A stretch of DNA of 53,506 nucleotides from a virus (taxonomy: Duplodnaviria; Caudoviricetes). The notes below the pieces were generated by a model. The model did not search any database and was not told the DNA's origin. It was given only the letters and a program-made list of their open reading frames with translations. Within the stretch, counting starts at the first letter, position 1; every line of letters begins with the position of its first letter. Shown piece after piece: positions 27,907 through 36,928 of the stretch. The stretch is from positions 1-53,506 of IMG/VR virus record IMGVR_UViG_3300044618_002464; one strand, given 5' to 3'. The translations under genes were made by a program, and so were the position numbers.

Positions 27907-28419
27907 TTGAAAATTGAAGAAAATTTTTTTATAAATGATATACCGGCAATAACAACAACATTAAGATTTAAATTGTATTTTTCAAATTCATTCAGTGTAA
28001 ACGATACAACTAAAACTTTTTTAGAAAAAAATGAAAAGAATAATGACGGCAAAAAACCATTTAAAATTAAAACTGTTAACACTAGAGAATATGTTTGTTA
28101 TCAGCATTTAATAGAAAATGAATTGAAAAAACAAAACATTAATCCTAAAGTTAAAAATTTATTAACATCTGATTTATTGGCTTGTGAAATCGTTTATCAC
28201 CCAAAACAAAACAAAGATGGTACAGCAAGTAATGTAAGACCTGATGTTACTAATATTGAAAAAGGGTTAGTGGATATTCTGCAATATAAGAAAAAAAGAG
28301 GTTATGGTTATCTGTTTAAAGATGATAAGCAAATAGTTAACTTTAATTCAAAAACGGGTAAATCTAACAAATACTATAGATTAACAGTAAATTTTTATAA
28401 TGTTAAAATAATAAAATAA
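27907..28419 (+). CDS. rusA: RusA-like Holliday junction resolvase
   Basis: RPDVTNIEKGLVDIL...FKDDKQIV catalytic pattern. Confidence 0.8.
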   Translation: MKIEENFFINDIPAITTTLRFKLYFSNSFSVNDTTKTFLEKNEKNNDGKKPFKIKTVNTREYVCYQHLIENELKKQNINPKVKNLLTSDLLACEIVYHPKQNKDGTASNVRPDVTNIEKGLVDILQYKKKRGYGYLFKDDKQIVNFNSKTGKSNKYYRLTVNFYNVKIIK

Positions 28420-28436
28420 TTTGAAAGGAAACTAAA

Positions 28437-28961
28437 ATGACAACTTCTTATGAAATAAAATTTATCAAAGAAAGAATTGATTATCAATATATTAATGATT
28501 GGTTACAGAAAAATTCTTTAAATATTAATGATTATGTGTCATGTTCATTAGATAAGATTATTAATTATAAAATGAAGATCAGCAATGATACTACATTGAT
28601 TTTTAATAATAAAGAAGATTTGATGAATACACTGATTGAAAAGTTAGCAAGGGAATTAGATAAAGATATATTGACAATATGTTATGAAATCAGACCCATC
28701 AATAAAGAACGGCTTCGTAAAATATCAAAGAAGCAATGGCAAAAGTTTGGTGAAAAATATAACATGAAAATCACTGAAACTTTTATAAAATCTAGGTCTT
28801 TATTTGAGTCTATCAGACTTGATGATTTTATTGAGCGTAATAATTATCATCAATCTGCTATTTTAGCAAAAGCATCACTATACCCAAATTTAGATATTTG
28901 CAATTATATGGAAACAACCAAAGCAATACATGATCTTATTTGGGAATTAGAAAGTTTATAA
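28437..28961 (+). CDS. Hypothetical protein
   Basis: 174 aa; RBS motif TTGAAAGGAAAC at 28421. Confidence 0.75.
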   Translation: MTTSYEIKFIKERIDYQYINDWLQKNSLNINDYVSCSLDKIINYKMKISNDTTLIFNNKEDLMNTLIEKLARELDKDILTICYEIRPINKERLRKISKKQWQKFGEKYNMKITETFIKSRSLFESIRLDDFIERNNYHQSAILAKASLYPNLDICNYMETTKAIHDLIWELESL

Positions 28962-28987
28962 AAAATCAATTTAAAAGGAAACAAAAA

Positions 28988-29368
28988 ATGAAAAAAGGTT
29001 TATTACTGTTAGAGTTTTTATTAGAAAAAATTTGTAATTTCAATAAAAGTGCAGAAGAAACATTAATGTCTTATAGGTATAAAATATTAAGTGAATTAGA
29101 GAAAAAACTCGATCAATATGAAATAAGAAATGAATCACGCAATCACCCACAAAATGGCAAATATTTAAAGATATTTCACAACCAAAGCACAAAAGATGTT
29201 TTATGTGAAGTTTTAATATTAGAAAACAAAACATTCAGGATAGTATTTGCTAATTTGTCTTTAATTCCATCAGAGTTTAAGTATAAAGGTTTATCATATA
29301 ATGAAGAAATCATTGAAAAGATAATAACAACTTTGTCAGTAATAGAAAACAAAACAGAATCAATTTAA
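28988..29368 (+). CDS. Hypothetical protein
   Basis: ATG 28988 after TAAAAGGAAACAAAAA. Confidence 0.7.
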   Translation: MKKGLLLLEFLLEKICNFNKSAEETLMSYRYKILSELEKKLDQYEIRNESRNHPQNGKYLKIFHNQSTKDVLCEVLILENKTFRIVFANLSLIPSEFKYKGLSYNEEIIEKIITTLSVIENKTESI

Positions 29369-29380
29369 AGGTAATTAACA

Positions 29381-29758
29381 ATGAAAGTAAAAACAGTTTT
29401 AAGTAAATATTTGAGAAGTATTGAATGCAAAGAAATCATAAAAATTTCTGATAAAATTTCAGCAATTATAATTGATGGTGAATTTAGATTTAATCTTCAA
29501 ATTAAAAAAATAGATCAATATGTTTATGCAGTATATAATGATGATCTATTAAACAACTTAACAATAAATGGTAAGATATTGTTTAATTTAATGAGAAATG
29601 ACAGAATAAAAAATCGTATAAATAGTGATGGCATTATAAACTATTTAACTAAGTGGGATTGTGAATCGTCAGAATTACAAATATTAAATCATGCTGTTGA
29701 GGATTTGATACAAGTGATAAATATAATATTAACTATAATAAAGGAAAAACACAAATGA
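29381..29758 (+). CDS. Hypothetical protein
   Basis: 125 aa, in operon. Confidence 0.7.
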   Translation: MKVKTVLSKYLRSIECKEIIKISDKISAIIIDGEFRFNLQIKKIDQYVYAVYNDDLLNNLTINGKILFNLMRNDRIKNRINSDGIINYLTKWDCESSELQILNHAVEDLIQVINIILTIIKEKHK

Positions 29759-30285
29759 AAGAGAAAAAACAACATATAACAGAAGTAGCAGAAGAGCAGA
29801 AGTTAAAGCCGTTTAAAATATCACATTATATTGCAAAAGAACAAGATATAGAAGTTCTATCATCATTATATGTTTCAGCAAAAAATGCAAATGAAAATAA
29901 AGAAAATCTTGCAATGGCTAAACAATACTTTACTGATATTTTGACAAAATTAAATTTCAATGTTCATGTAATAGTTTATGAAATTGAAGAACATAAAATA
30001 CCAATTGGCTATATATCATTCACCAATAGTTATAATTTAGATATTCACTTGATAGATTTTGTTTGTGCCAATGATAGTTTAGGTACAGATATTATTACTC
30101 AAATTTTAAAATCAATTTTAAAACAGTATAAAGATATTGGTGTTAAATATTGTTTAGTGTCTGTTCCATCAAAAACACAACCTATAATTGATCTTTACAA
30201 AAAAATGAATTTCATTGTATTGAGTGTAAGAGAAGACTTTTATCCAAATAAAGATAAAGCATTATTTATGGAGTTATGTTTATAA
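29755..30285 (+). CDS. GNAT-family acetyltransferase (RimI-like)
   Basis: PIGYI..., SLGTDI, LYKKMNF...REDFYPNKDKALFMEL C-terminal RimI-like pattern. Confidence 0.7.
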   Translation: MKEKKQHITEVAEEQKLKPFKISHYIAKEQDIEVLSSLYVSAKNANENKENLAMAKQYFTDILTKLNFNVHVIVYEIEEHKIPIGYISFTNSYNLDIHLIDFVCANDSLGTDIITQILKSILKQYKDIGVKYCLVSVPSKTQPIIDLYKKMNFIVLSVREDFYPNKDKALFMELCL

Positions 30286-30286
30286 A

Positions 30287-30502
30287 ATGAAGCCAGTATG
30301 CGTACAACTGTTAGATTTCAGAAACAGAGATTTTTTAAAATTTTATTTAAAAAATTGTGCTGTTTCAGAAAATAACTTAAAAAATCATAAGCCAGTCAAT
30401 TATGAATATTTATTAAATATAATTGATCAAGAGGTTAATATATTAAATAAAACAGGAGATAAATATATGGTACATCACTTTCCAGTAATGTATAGTATTT
30501 GA
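30287..30502 (+). CDS. Hypothetical protein
   Basis: 71 aa; GGAG RBS. Confidence 0.55.
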   Translation: MKPVCVQLLDFRNRDFLKFYLKNCAVSENNLKNHKPVNYEYLLNIIDQEVNILNKTGDKYMVHHFPVMYSI

Positions 30503-30509
30503 TTTAAAT

Positions 30510-30540
30510 ATCAGTTGTAAAGAAAATCTTTACAACTGAT
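30510..30540. terminator. Bidirectional terminator between convergent genes
   Basis: ATCAGTTGTAAAGA-AAA-TCTTTACAACTGAT, perfect 14-bp stem. Confidence 0.7.
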
Positions 30541-30595
30541 TATAAACCAATAATTATTAAGAGAGTATTATTTAAAATTATTGATTTACAGAACA

Positions 30596-30865
30596 TTATA
30601 ACAAATTATATTCCTGTATGCTTTTAACATGTATTAAATTATATGCAGAATAGTTCATTGTAGCATTTATTAATATCATTGAACCAGAAACAATCACATG
30701 ATTATCTTTTTTCAATAATTCTATCCCTGGACAATCTAAAGGGCATTGCAATTTAAATCTTTGTTTTAAATTATGTATTAATGCAGATTCATAATAATTT
30801 TTATTATATGGTTTAATAAAATCTAATGTGATGATTCCTGATATTTCTGTTTTATTTATTTCCAT
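30596..30865 (-). CDS. Hypothetical protein, possibly OB-fold-like (lone reverse gene in the early arm)
   Basis: 89 aa; INKTEISGII...LKKDNHVIVSGSM...IHVKSIQ recalls SSB/PriB OB folds. Confidence 0.5.
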   Translation of the reverse strand: MEINKTEISGIITLDFIKPYNKNYYESALIHNLKQRFKLQCPLDCPGIELLKKDNHVIVSGSMILINATMNYSAYNLIHVKSIQEYNLL

Positions 30866-30888
30866 TTTTAGTAAATAAGTTTAATTAG

Positions 30889-30982
30889 TAGAAAATAGGT
30901 AGGATTAATAGAATTTTAAGGAGTATGGTGTTTTTTTAATCCTACCTATTTGTTTGTTAAGTTCAGCTCTATGAACCCAACT
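30889..30982 (-). ncRNA. Candidate sRNA or leader with an anti-SD loop
   Basis: TTGACA (31016-11), 16 bp, TGgTATAAT (to 30989); 16-bp stem 30893-30951 enclosing CACCAUACUCCUU. Confidence 0.55.
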
Positions 30983-31111
30983 GAAATAATTATACCACAA
31001 AAAATAAAAGTGTCAAAAAAAAACTTTTATTTTATTATGTTATACGATATAATTTTTCATGGTGATCAATTGTCATCATAATTTTCACAGTTCAAAAAGA
31101 AAGGAAAAGTC

Positions 31112-32080
31112 ATGGAAAACACAAATATAGAAATTATAACTAATGAATTAGCATTGATTTTAAAAAATAATAATCATTGTTTACCTATACAAGCATCAAT
31201 TGAATGGGATAAAAGTTTGTTTAAACAAACAATAGACAAAATTATTGAAGATTACAAGTCAAGATTAACTAATGATAATTATGATGTTAAAAAAGAAATA
31301 GCATCTATCAATAATATATGTAATGAAGTTACTGAAATCAGAATAGCCATCACAAAACATTTAACAGAAAATGTTATGATTTTTGAAAATGAAATCAAGT
31401 CAGAGTTGAATAGGTTGTTAGCAATCAAAGATGTTTTAAAGTTGGAGTTTGAAGAACATGAAAAAACAAGAGTTGCTGAAAAATTTTCAATAATTGAAAG
31501 TTATTTTGATGCAGTAAAAGTTGATTGTTTTTTATCTGACAATGATATTTCTGAACTAAAAAAATCTTTATTTGAAAATCAGAAAAGATGGTCATTAAAA
31601 GGAGTAAAGATACAATCAATCAAAGAAGAGATTGATAATGCAGTAAATGTTTACAAACAACAACAAGAAAACCAAAGATTGCGAAATGAAAACATTGCAT
31701 TATTAGTAGAATCTTTAAATGCAGAATATGGTTATAATCTTTTACCTGATGTTTTTTCTAATTATGAAAATGAAGCAATTAGAAAATATTATCAAAGATT
31801 AAAAGATGTTGCAGATGAAAAAATCGCTAAAGAAAATCAATTAAAAGTAATGCAACAACAAGCTCAACAAATACAACAACCGATTCAACAGCAAGTTAAG
31901 CAAGAGATTAAACAAGAAGTTAAACAAGAAACAAAGCCAGAAAATTCAACAAATGAAAAGTTAGGTGTTTATCTAATATCTTGCAACATAAAACATAATA
32001 ATGATTTATTTTCATTGAAAGAAATTGTTGAATTAGCAAGACAAAAAAATGTGTTTTTAAAATTAACAAAAGAACAATAA
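31112..32080 (+). CDS. DUF1351-like coiled-coil protein
   Basis: KKEIASINN...RIAITK...FENEIK...FEEHEK pattern, 322 aa. Confidence 0.65.
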   Translation: MENTNIEIITNELALILKNNNHCLPIQASIEWDKSLFKQTIDKIIEDYKSRLTNDNYDVKKEIASINNICNEVTEIRIAITKHLTENVMIFENEIKSELNRLLAIKDVLKLEFEEHEKTRVAEKFSIIESYFDAVKVDCFLSDNDISELKKSLFENQKRWSLKGVKIQSIKEEIDNAVNVYKQQQENQRLRNENIALLVESLNAEYGYNLLPDVFSNYENEAIRKYYQRLKDVADEKIAKENQLKVMQQQAQQIQQPIQQQVKQEIKQEVKQETKPENSTNEKLGVYLISCNIKHNNDLFSLKEIVELARQKNVFLKLTKEQ

Positions 32081-32086
32081 ACATAA

Positions 32087-32386
32087 ATGAGTAAATACAA
32101 AGGTTTAAAAGTTTTAATTTATAATAAAATCTATGAATATAAATTAATCAACAATAAATTACCAGATACGGATATTTATCATTCCATGTTATTAGAAATT
32201 GCAAACGGCAGTAAAGAATTAAGAGGTAAGTATAGAAACTATCTTAATAGGTTTATCAATACTTCACAATTTTGTAAAAGCAAGATAAAGTCCATAGCTT
32301 ATTTTGTAATTGTAAATGAATGTTATATTGATATAGTTGAAAAATGTGTTTATAAAAGAAAGGAAAACAAAAATGTCAAAAAATGA
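32087..32386 (+). CDS. Hypothetical protein
   Basis: 99 aa. Confidence 0.6.
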   Translation: MSKYKGLKVLIYNKIYEYKLINNKLPDTDIYHSMLLEIANGSKELRGKYRNYLNRFINTSQFCKSKIKSIAYFVIVNECYIDIVEKCVYKRKENKNVKK

Positions 32387-33029
32387 TTGTCATATTATTG
32401 AAAATTTAAAAGAAAAAGCAGATCAGACAAATACTATTCAATCTCAATTGAATCAAGATTTTTATAAAGAATTGATGACGATTCCTTATGATTCAGATGC
32501 TGGTAAATCTGTGTTAAATTTATGTAAAGTTGCTTCATTAGAAGAGGTGATGAGAGATAATTATTATAACTGCTTTAAATCTTTAAAAATAATGAAAGCA
32601 TATAATAAAATCATTAATGATCAATATAAAGATAAAATCACTACTGATGAAATCTTGCAGTATCTTAACATAGTCGGTATTAAGTGTTTATCATATGGTG
32701 AGAAATCATATACTTTTATGTTCCCAGATATTAATCTTATTTTTCTTGATGGAAGTTTAAAATTAAAAGATAATATTGATATGTTTAATGATGAAGAATT
32801 AAATAATATAAAAGCATTGTTTGATGATTTTTCTGATAAATCATTTATAACTTTAATTTATGAAGATAAAAGTTATTTCATACCATATAATTGCAGGTCT
32901 TTGTTAGTATTTACAAAATACATTGCATCGACAGAATTTTATAATTTTAAAATTGATGACAAAATATTAATAACTATGATTAAAAATATTTTAGAAAATA
33001 ATAAACTTTTCACAGAAAATCTTAAATAA
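32373..33029 (+). CDS. Hypothetical protein
   Basis: ATG 32373 after GAAAGGAAA. Confidence 0.7.
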   Translation: MSKNDCHIIENLKEKADQTNTIQSQLNQDFYKELMTIPYDSDAGKSVLNLCKVASLEEVMRDNYYNCFKSLKIMKAYNKIINDQYKDKITTDEILQYLNIVGIKCLSYGEKSYTFMFPDINLIFLDGSLKLKDNIDMFNDEELNNIKALFDDFSDKSFITLIYEDKSYFIPYNCRSLLVFTKYIASTEFYNFKIDDKILITMIKNILENNKLFTENLK

Positions 33030-33052
33030 TACTTCAAAAGGAAACAGAAAAA

Positions 33053-33475
33053 ATGAATATAACAGCAACCGAATATAAATTTATAGTTGATAATCAAGAA
33101 AAAACTATAACATTAAGTCAATTTTTAAAATACATTAGTGAATGTACGAATTGGTGGACTGATGATTTTGAATTTGTGCAAGATATAAACCCAGATGATA
33201 TTTTATTGTTTCATATGATGGACGAAGAACAGCCGTATTTTGCAACATGTAAAAATAATATTAGAAGTTTATTAGATTTAGTGAAACAAATATTATTAAA
33301 ACATTTTGATGATACAGAAGAGTATCTTCCTATGCATGAAGCATTAATTGATCATTGGGAAAATGGTAGTAATGATTTAGCTTCAATAGATGAAGTATCA
33401 GAAGTTACAGATGAACATATTTGTGATTTGATTTTATTAAGACTTGAGCTTTCTGGTTATAATGACAATGATTGA
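33053..33475 (+). CDS. Highly acidic hypothetical protein
   Basis: 31 D/E versus 8 K/R in 140 aa (hand count). Confidence 0.7.
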   Translation: MNITATEYKFIVDNQEKTITLSQFLKYISECTNWWTDDFEFVQDINPDDILLFHMMDEEQPYFATCKNNIRSLLDLVKQILLKHFDDTEEYLPMHEALIDHWENGSNDLASIDEVSEVTDEHICDLILLRLELSGYNDND

Positions 33476-33689
33476 TGATATACCAGAATGCGTGTTTAAT
33501 CGTCCAAAAGAAATAATATTATGGTTTCAAAACATAACAGCAAAATATAAAAAAGATAAAGATGTTGTTTTAATTTATCGTGATATATTTAATAGTGATG
33601 ATTATAAACCTAGAATCAATATAATAAAAAATAATCAATTAATTACTACAGAGTATTTTAAAATTAACATGGAGACAAATAATGAATGA
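33462..33689 (+). CDS. Hypothetical protein
   Basis: ATG at 33462 or 33468 preferred over the TTG start. Confidence 0.55.
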   Translation: MTMIDDIPECVFNRPKEIILWFQNITAKYKKDKDVVLIYRDIFNSDDYKPRINIIKNNQLITTEYFKINMETNNE

Positions 33690-34032
33690 TGAATATAAAA
33701 ATAAAGAAATATTTTATAGCTTTGGTGAATATAACATGTTTCACATTTATATTAGGTTAGATGATACTGTTTATACTGGTTGCATATATGATAGAGAAGA
33801 TGGTGAAGGTGTTAAAATCTCTATTGATAATCATACTTCATATGAAGAACATATTAAATCTAACACTTATAAACATGAAATTACAGATATTGATAAAGAT
33901 GAATTTACTGAAAAAGATTATAAAAAATTATATTCAGTAACATCATTATTTAATATTGATTTTATTATAAGTACAGTTAAACAATATATAAAAAACAATC
34001 AAAAGTTACAAGAAGGTATTAAACTCAATTAA
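33682..34032 (+). CDS. Hypothetical protein
   Basis: 116 aa; GGAG RBS. Confidence 0.7.
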   Translation: MNDEYKNKEIFYSFGEYNMFHIYIRLDDTVYTGCIYDREDGEGVKISIDNHTSYEEHIKSNTYKHEITDIDKDEFTEKDYKKLYSVTSLFNIDFIISTVKQYIKNNQKLQEGIKLN

Positions 34033-34044
34033 AAGGAAGTATAA

Positions 34045-34320
34045 ATGAATAATAACAATGATTTACAATCTTTAAATACATTTTTTCAAGGTGTTGCATC
34101 AGCAGTGTTGGCAATGATAAATCCCAACCCCGTTACTATTGCAAATGCAATTCCTAAAGTATTAAATATGATTCAGCAAGTGCAAGATGAATACCATGAA
34201 TCAAAAAAAGATAATCCTGATCTTGATCCAATAGATCATGTTGTTAATCACCCATTAATGACACAAGATAATATTCAAGAATTGGTTGATAATGTAAATA
34301 ATGAAAAAGCGGAGGTATAA
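34045..34320 (+). CDS. Hypothetical protein
   Basis: 91 aa; AAAAGGAAG RBS. Confidence 0.7.
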   Translation: MNNNNDLQSLNTFFQGVASAVLAMINPNPVTIANAIPKVLNMIQQVQDEYHESKKDNPDLDPIDHVVNHPLMTQDNIQELVDNVNNEKAEV

Positions 34321-34321
34321 A

Positions 34322-34780
34322 ATGGCTTTATTTGAAATAAACACAAAAGGAAGAATTGGTAAAAGTGGCGTTCAAGCATCAAAGTATAATGATCAAGAAT
34401 CCATGTTTTCTTTGAGTTGTTATCACAGTACAATTAAAGATGACAATGGCGAAGTTAAAAAACATATTTATGCAAATATTATTGTTGTAGTAAGTAATGA
34501 GCAAATCAAGTATAAATTAGATAAACTTATTCCAGGTGCAACAATATTATTGAGAGGTAAATTAAACTGGTCTGAAAAATTACAAAATGGAGCAGTAACA
34601 ACAACATTTACAGTGAGATACCCAAATGTAGTTGAACCAGATGAACCAGTAAAGTTATTTGAATCACAAGGTCAAGATAATAATAACAATTACTTTAAAA
34701 ATAATGATTTTAGTAAAAGTCATTCATTTAATAATGATGATGATTTTTCACATATATCAAGTGATGGTATTCCTTTTTGA
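34322..34780 (+). CDS. ssb: Single-stranded DNA-binding protein
   Basis: ATG 34322 after GGAGG; KGRIGK...GATILLRGKL OB fold and acidic C-terminal DGIPF tail. Confidence 0.82.
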   Translation: MALFEINTKGRIGKSGVQASKYNDQESMFSLSCYHSTIKDDNGEVKKHIYANIIVVVSNEQIKYKLDKLIPGATILLRGKLNWSEKLQNGAVTTTFTVRYPNVVEPDEPVKLFESQGQDNNNNYFKNNDFSKSHSFNNDDDFSHISSDGIPF

Positions 34781-34782
34781 TT

Positions 34783-34953
34783 ATGATAGTAATATTATTA
34801 ATAATGCAAGGGATTTTATTTGCAATATCATTATCAATTAGCAGTCATAAATCATTACCATTATTAATTAAAACAATATGTTGCTTATTTGCAATGAGTA
34901 ACATATTTTTTAGTGTGATACTGTTAAAGTTGTTATTTTTGCTGTATAAATAA
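34783..34953 (+). CDS. Small two-TM peptide (56 aa), not in the ORF track
   Basis: MIVILLIMQGILFAISLSI...ICCLFAMSNIFFSVILLKLLFLLYK fills the gap exactly; it contains a 15-bp hairpin (34875-34907) that may instead be a terminator. Confidence 0.4.
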   Translation: MIVILLIMQGILFAISLSISSHKSLPLLIKTICCLFAMSNIFFSVILLKLLFLLYK

Positions 34954-34954
34954 G

Positions 34955-35143
34955 ATGAAGTTAAAAATAAATTTAAAAGGTTATGATATTGGTTTAAAGT
35001 TGATTCATACTACAAATTACTTTAAACCAATTGTTATTATTTTTCACAAAGGCAAGATGCAAGAATATTGCTGTGAATTAAAACATTTAAAAGGATTTTT
35101 AAAAAGATTGTCAGATATTATAGAGTATGAAGAAAACAGTTAA
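34955..35143 (+). CDS. Hypothetical protein, last gene of the early arm
   Basis: 62 aa; its stop overlaps that of the convergent gene. Confidence 0.55.
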   Translation: MKLKINLKGYDIGLKLIHTTNYFKPIVIIFHKGKMQEYCCELKHLKGFLKRLSDIIEYEENS

Positions 35144-35577
35144 TGTTTTTTAGTATAAAACAAAGCAACATCAAGTTTATCATTAGTTGATTTACTTGTG
35201 CTTAGTGCTTGATCTGATTTTTTTTCTGCTCTTTGAGCAATGAGTAATGTTTCTTGAGATTGCTGTTTATTGCTTTTAATTTCTTCATGATCGTGATAGA
35301 AAGTAGACAATATTAAAACAAAAATGAAAAGACTTGACCCAAATATTGCTATTAACATGTTTCGTTTATCTTTTTTATCTTGTTCTAATTCTTGTCTTTT
35401 TCTTTCATCTATTTCAGACCATTTTATTTTCATGCTCTGCAATATTTCACGGGGTAAATCAATTTTTAATGCTTGAATGTCTTTGTCTACACCTTTAAAG
35501 CCATTATCTAATTTTTCAGATGTTAACTCAAAGTGCGTTTCTAATTTATGTATTCTTTCTATCAATTGATCTGACAT
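35140..35577 (-). CDS. Coiled-coil protein with one TM helix (possible lysis-related)
   Basis: ERIHKLET coiled coil, then TM MLIAIFGSSLFIFVLILSTFY; XhlA/holin-like layout. Confidence 0.5.
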   Translation of the reverse strand: MSDQLIERIHKLETHFELTSEKLDNGFKGVDKDIQALKIDLPREILQSMKIKWSEIDERKRQELEQDKKDKRNMLIAIFGSSLFIFVLILSTFYHDHEEIKSNKQQSQETLLIAQRAEKKSDQALSTSKSTNDKLDVALFYTKKH

Positions 35578-35584
35578 AATCGTA

Positions 35585-36028
35585 TTACCCTAAACTTTTA
35601 ATCCAAGTTTTAACCAATAGGAAACCAAAATCTATACATGAAACTACTTTGTCAAATCCCATTCTAACAAAATAACCACCATGAATTATATACAAAGCAT
35701 CTAAAAAAGCATACCAATGCGGTGTATCAGTTACAGTTAAATCCATAGGCATGTGATATATAACCCAAGAAAATGATAAAAAGTATAAAAGCCAAACAGA
35801 TAGACTAAAAACTCTGCAAATTAAAGTAAAGCATAATGCAATAGTGTACATTATACATACAGCAAAAAACTGTAAATTGGTTTGCCAATCAGGATATGGG
35901 TAAACTCCATGGATTGCATCTATTAAAGATTTAATGTCTAAATACCAACCCCAAGTAAATAAAAATAAACCAATTAAAGTAATACTCCAATCAGGCTGAA
36001 TACTTTTCAATAAAAATAATTTTTTCAT
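35585..36028 (-). CDS. Polytopic membrane protein (possible holin or exclusion protein)
   Basis: About four hydrophobic segments in 147 aa. Confidence 0.5.
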   Translation of the reverse strand: MKKLFLLKSIQPDWSITLIGLFLFTWGWYLDIKSLIDAIHGVYPYPDWQTNLQFFAVCIMYTIALCFTLICRVFSLSVWLLYFLSFSWVIYHMPMDLTVTDTPHWYAFLDALYIIHGGYFVRMGFDKVVSCIDFGFLLVKTWIKSLG

Positions 36029-36055
36029 ATATTTCTCATAAGTTTAATTGTTGAT

Positions 36056-36084
36056 ATTATAATAACTTATTGCATTTTTTGCAA
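36056..36084 (-). promoter_or_regulatory. Sigma70-type promoter for the membrane-gene pair
   Basis: TTGCAA (36084-79), 17 bp, TATAAT (36061-56). Confidence 0.6.
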
Positions 36085-36096
36085 CAGTTGAATGTA

Positions 36097-36133
36097 AAAA
36101 AGTAAAATAGTATGGGTATAAATACCCATACTA
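36097..36133 (-). terminator. Intrinsic terminator
   Basis: TAGTATGGGTAT/ATACCCATACTA stem followed by TTTTACTTTTTT on the minus strand. Confidence 0.75.
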
Positions 36134-36139
36134 AGTTAA

Positions 36140-36814
36140 TTATTTCTTGCTAGCGTATTTTACTAAAGCAGTAATAACAGGAGTTTGTCCAGAACTGTCA
36201 ACTGTAAATGATACAGTTAAAAGTTGAAGGCTACAACCACTGCTACCAACTGCACCAGTGTCAACAGAAGTAACATAAAGAGTGTTGCCATCTCTTTGAA
36301 TGTCTTCACTACCTACTTGTTTATAAGTAATTATAGTAGTTGCACCTGCATAAGTAAATGAAAAGGTAACAGGAACTGATCTAATACCACCAACAACAGG
36401 AGATTCTGCACTGATTTCAGGAGAGAAAAATCCAGTATTAACACAAGATTGTAAATTTTGAAGTGTTGAACCTGGAACGATAAATTTCTCTAAAGCAACT
36501 GGTACAGCACTTACAGAATTAGTTGCAACAAAAAGATGACTAGCACCTTTTGCTGTGTGTCCTGCAATAATTGGGTATGTTACTTGATTATCTGTTGCAT
36601 ATGGATCAATAACAGATATTTCCCCTGCAGTTGCTGGAGATGCAACTATTTTTAATGCAAATTCTGAATTACTGAAAATATTTTTTTCTACTTCAACATC
36701 AGCTTCACTGATATTAATTGCTTGACTTCCACTGTTTAAAATATCTTTCAACAATTGCATTTGTTGTAAATATTTTATAGACATTGGATCCGCTATTGTA
36801 CTTAATGAATTCAT
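36140..36814 (-). CDS. Stand-alone S/T/V-rich protein, possibly virion-associated
   Basis: 224 aa, beta-rich composition, strong RBS, own terminator. Confidence 0.6.
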   Translation of the reverse strand: MNSLSTIADPMSIKYLQQMQLLKDILNSGSQAINISEADVEVEKNIFSNSEFALKIVASPATAGEISVIDPYATDNQVTYPIIAGHTAKGASHLFVATNSVSAVPVALEKFIVPGSTLQNLQSCVNTGFFSPEISAESPVVGGIRSVPVTFSFTYAGATTIITYKQVGSEDIQRDGNTLYVTSVDTGAVGSSGCSLQLLTVSFTVDSSGQTPVITALVKYASKK

Positions 36815-36928
36815 AAAAATTTCCTTTTAAATTAATTGAAAAAAACAATTATATAATCTATAATTGATTTGCTACAAAGTGTATTCTAGTAATTACTCGT
36901 TAATTCTTTATATATTTTGTAGCATACT

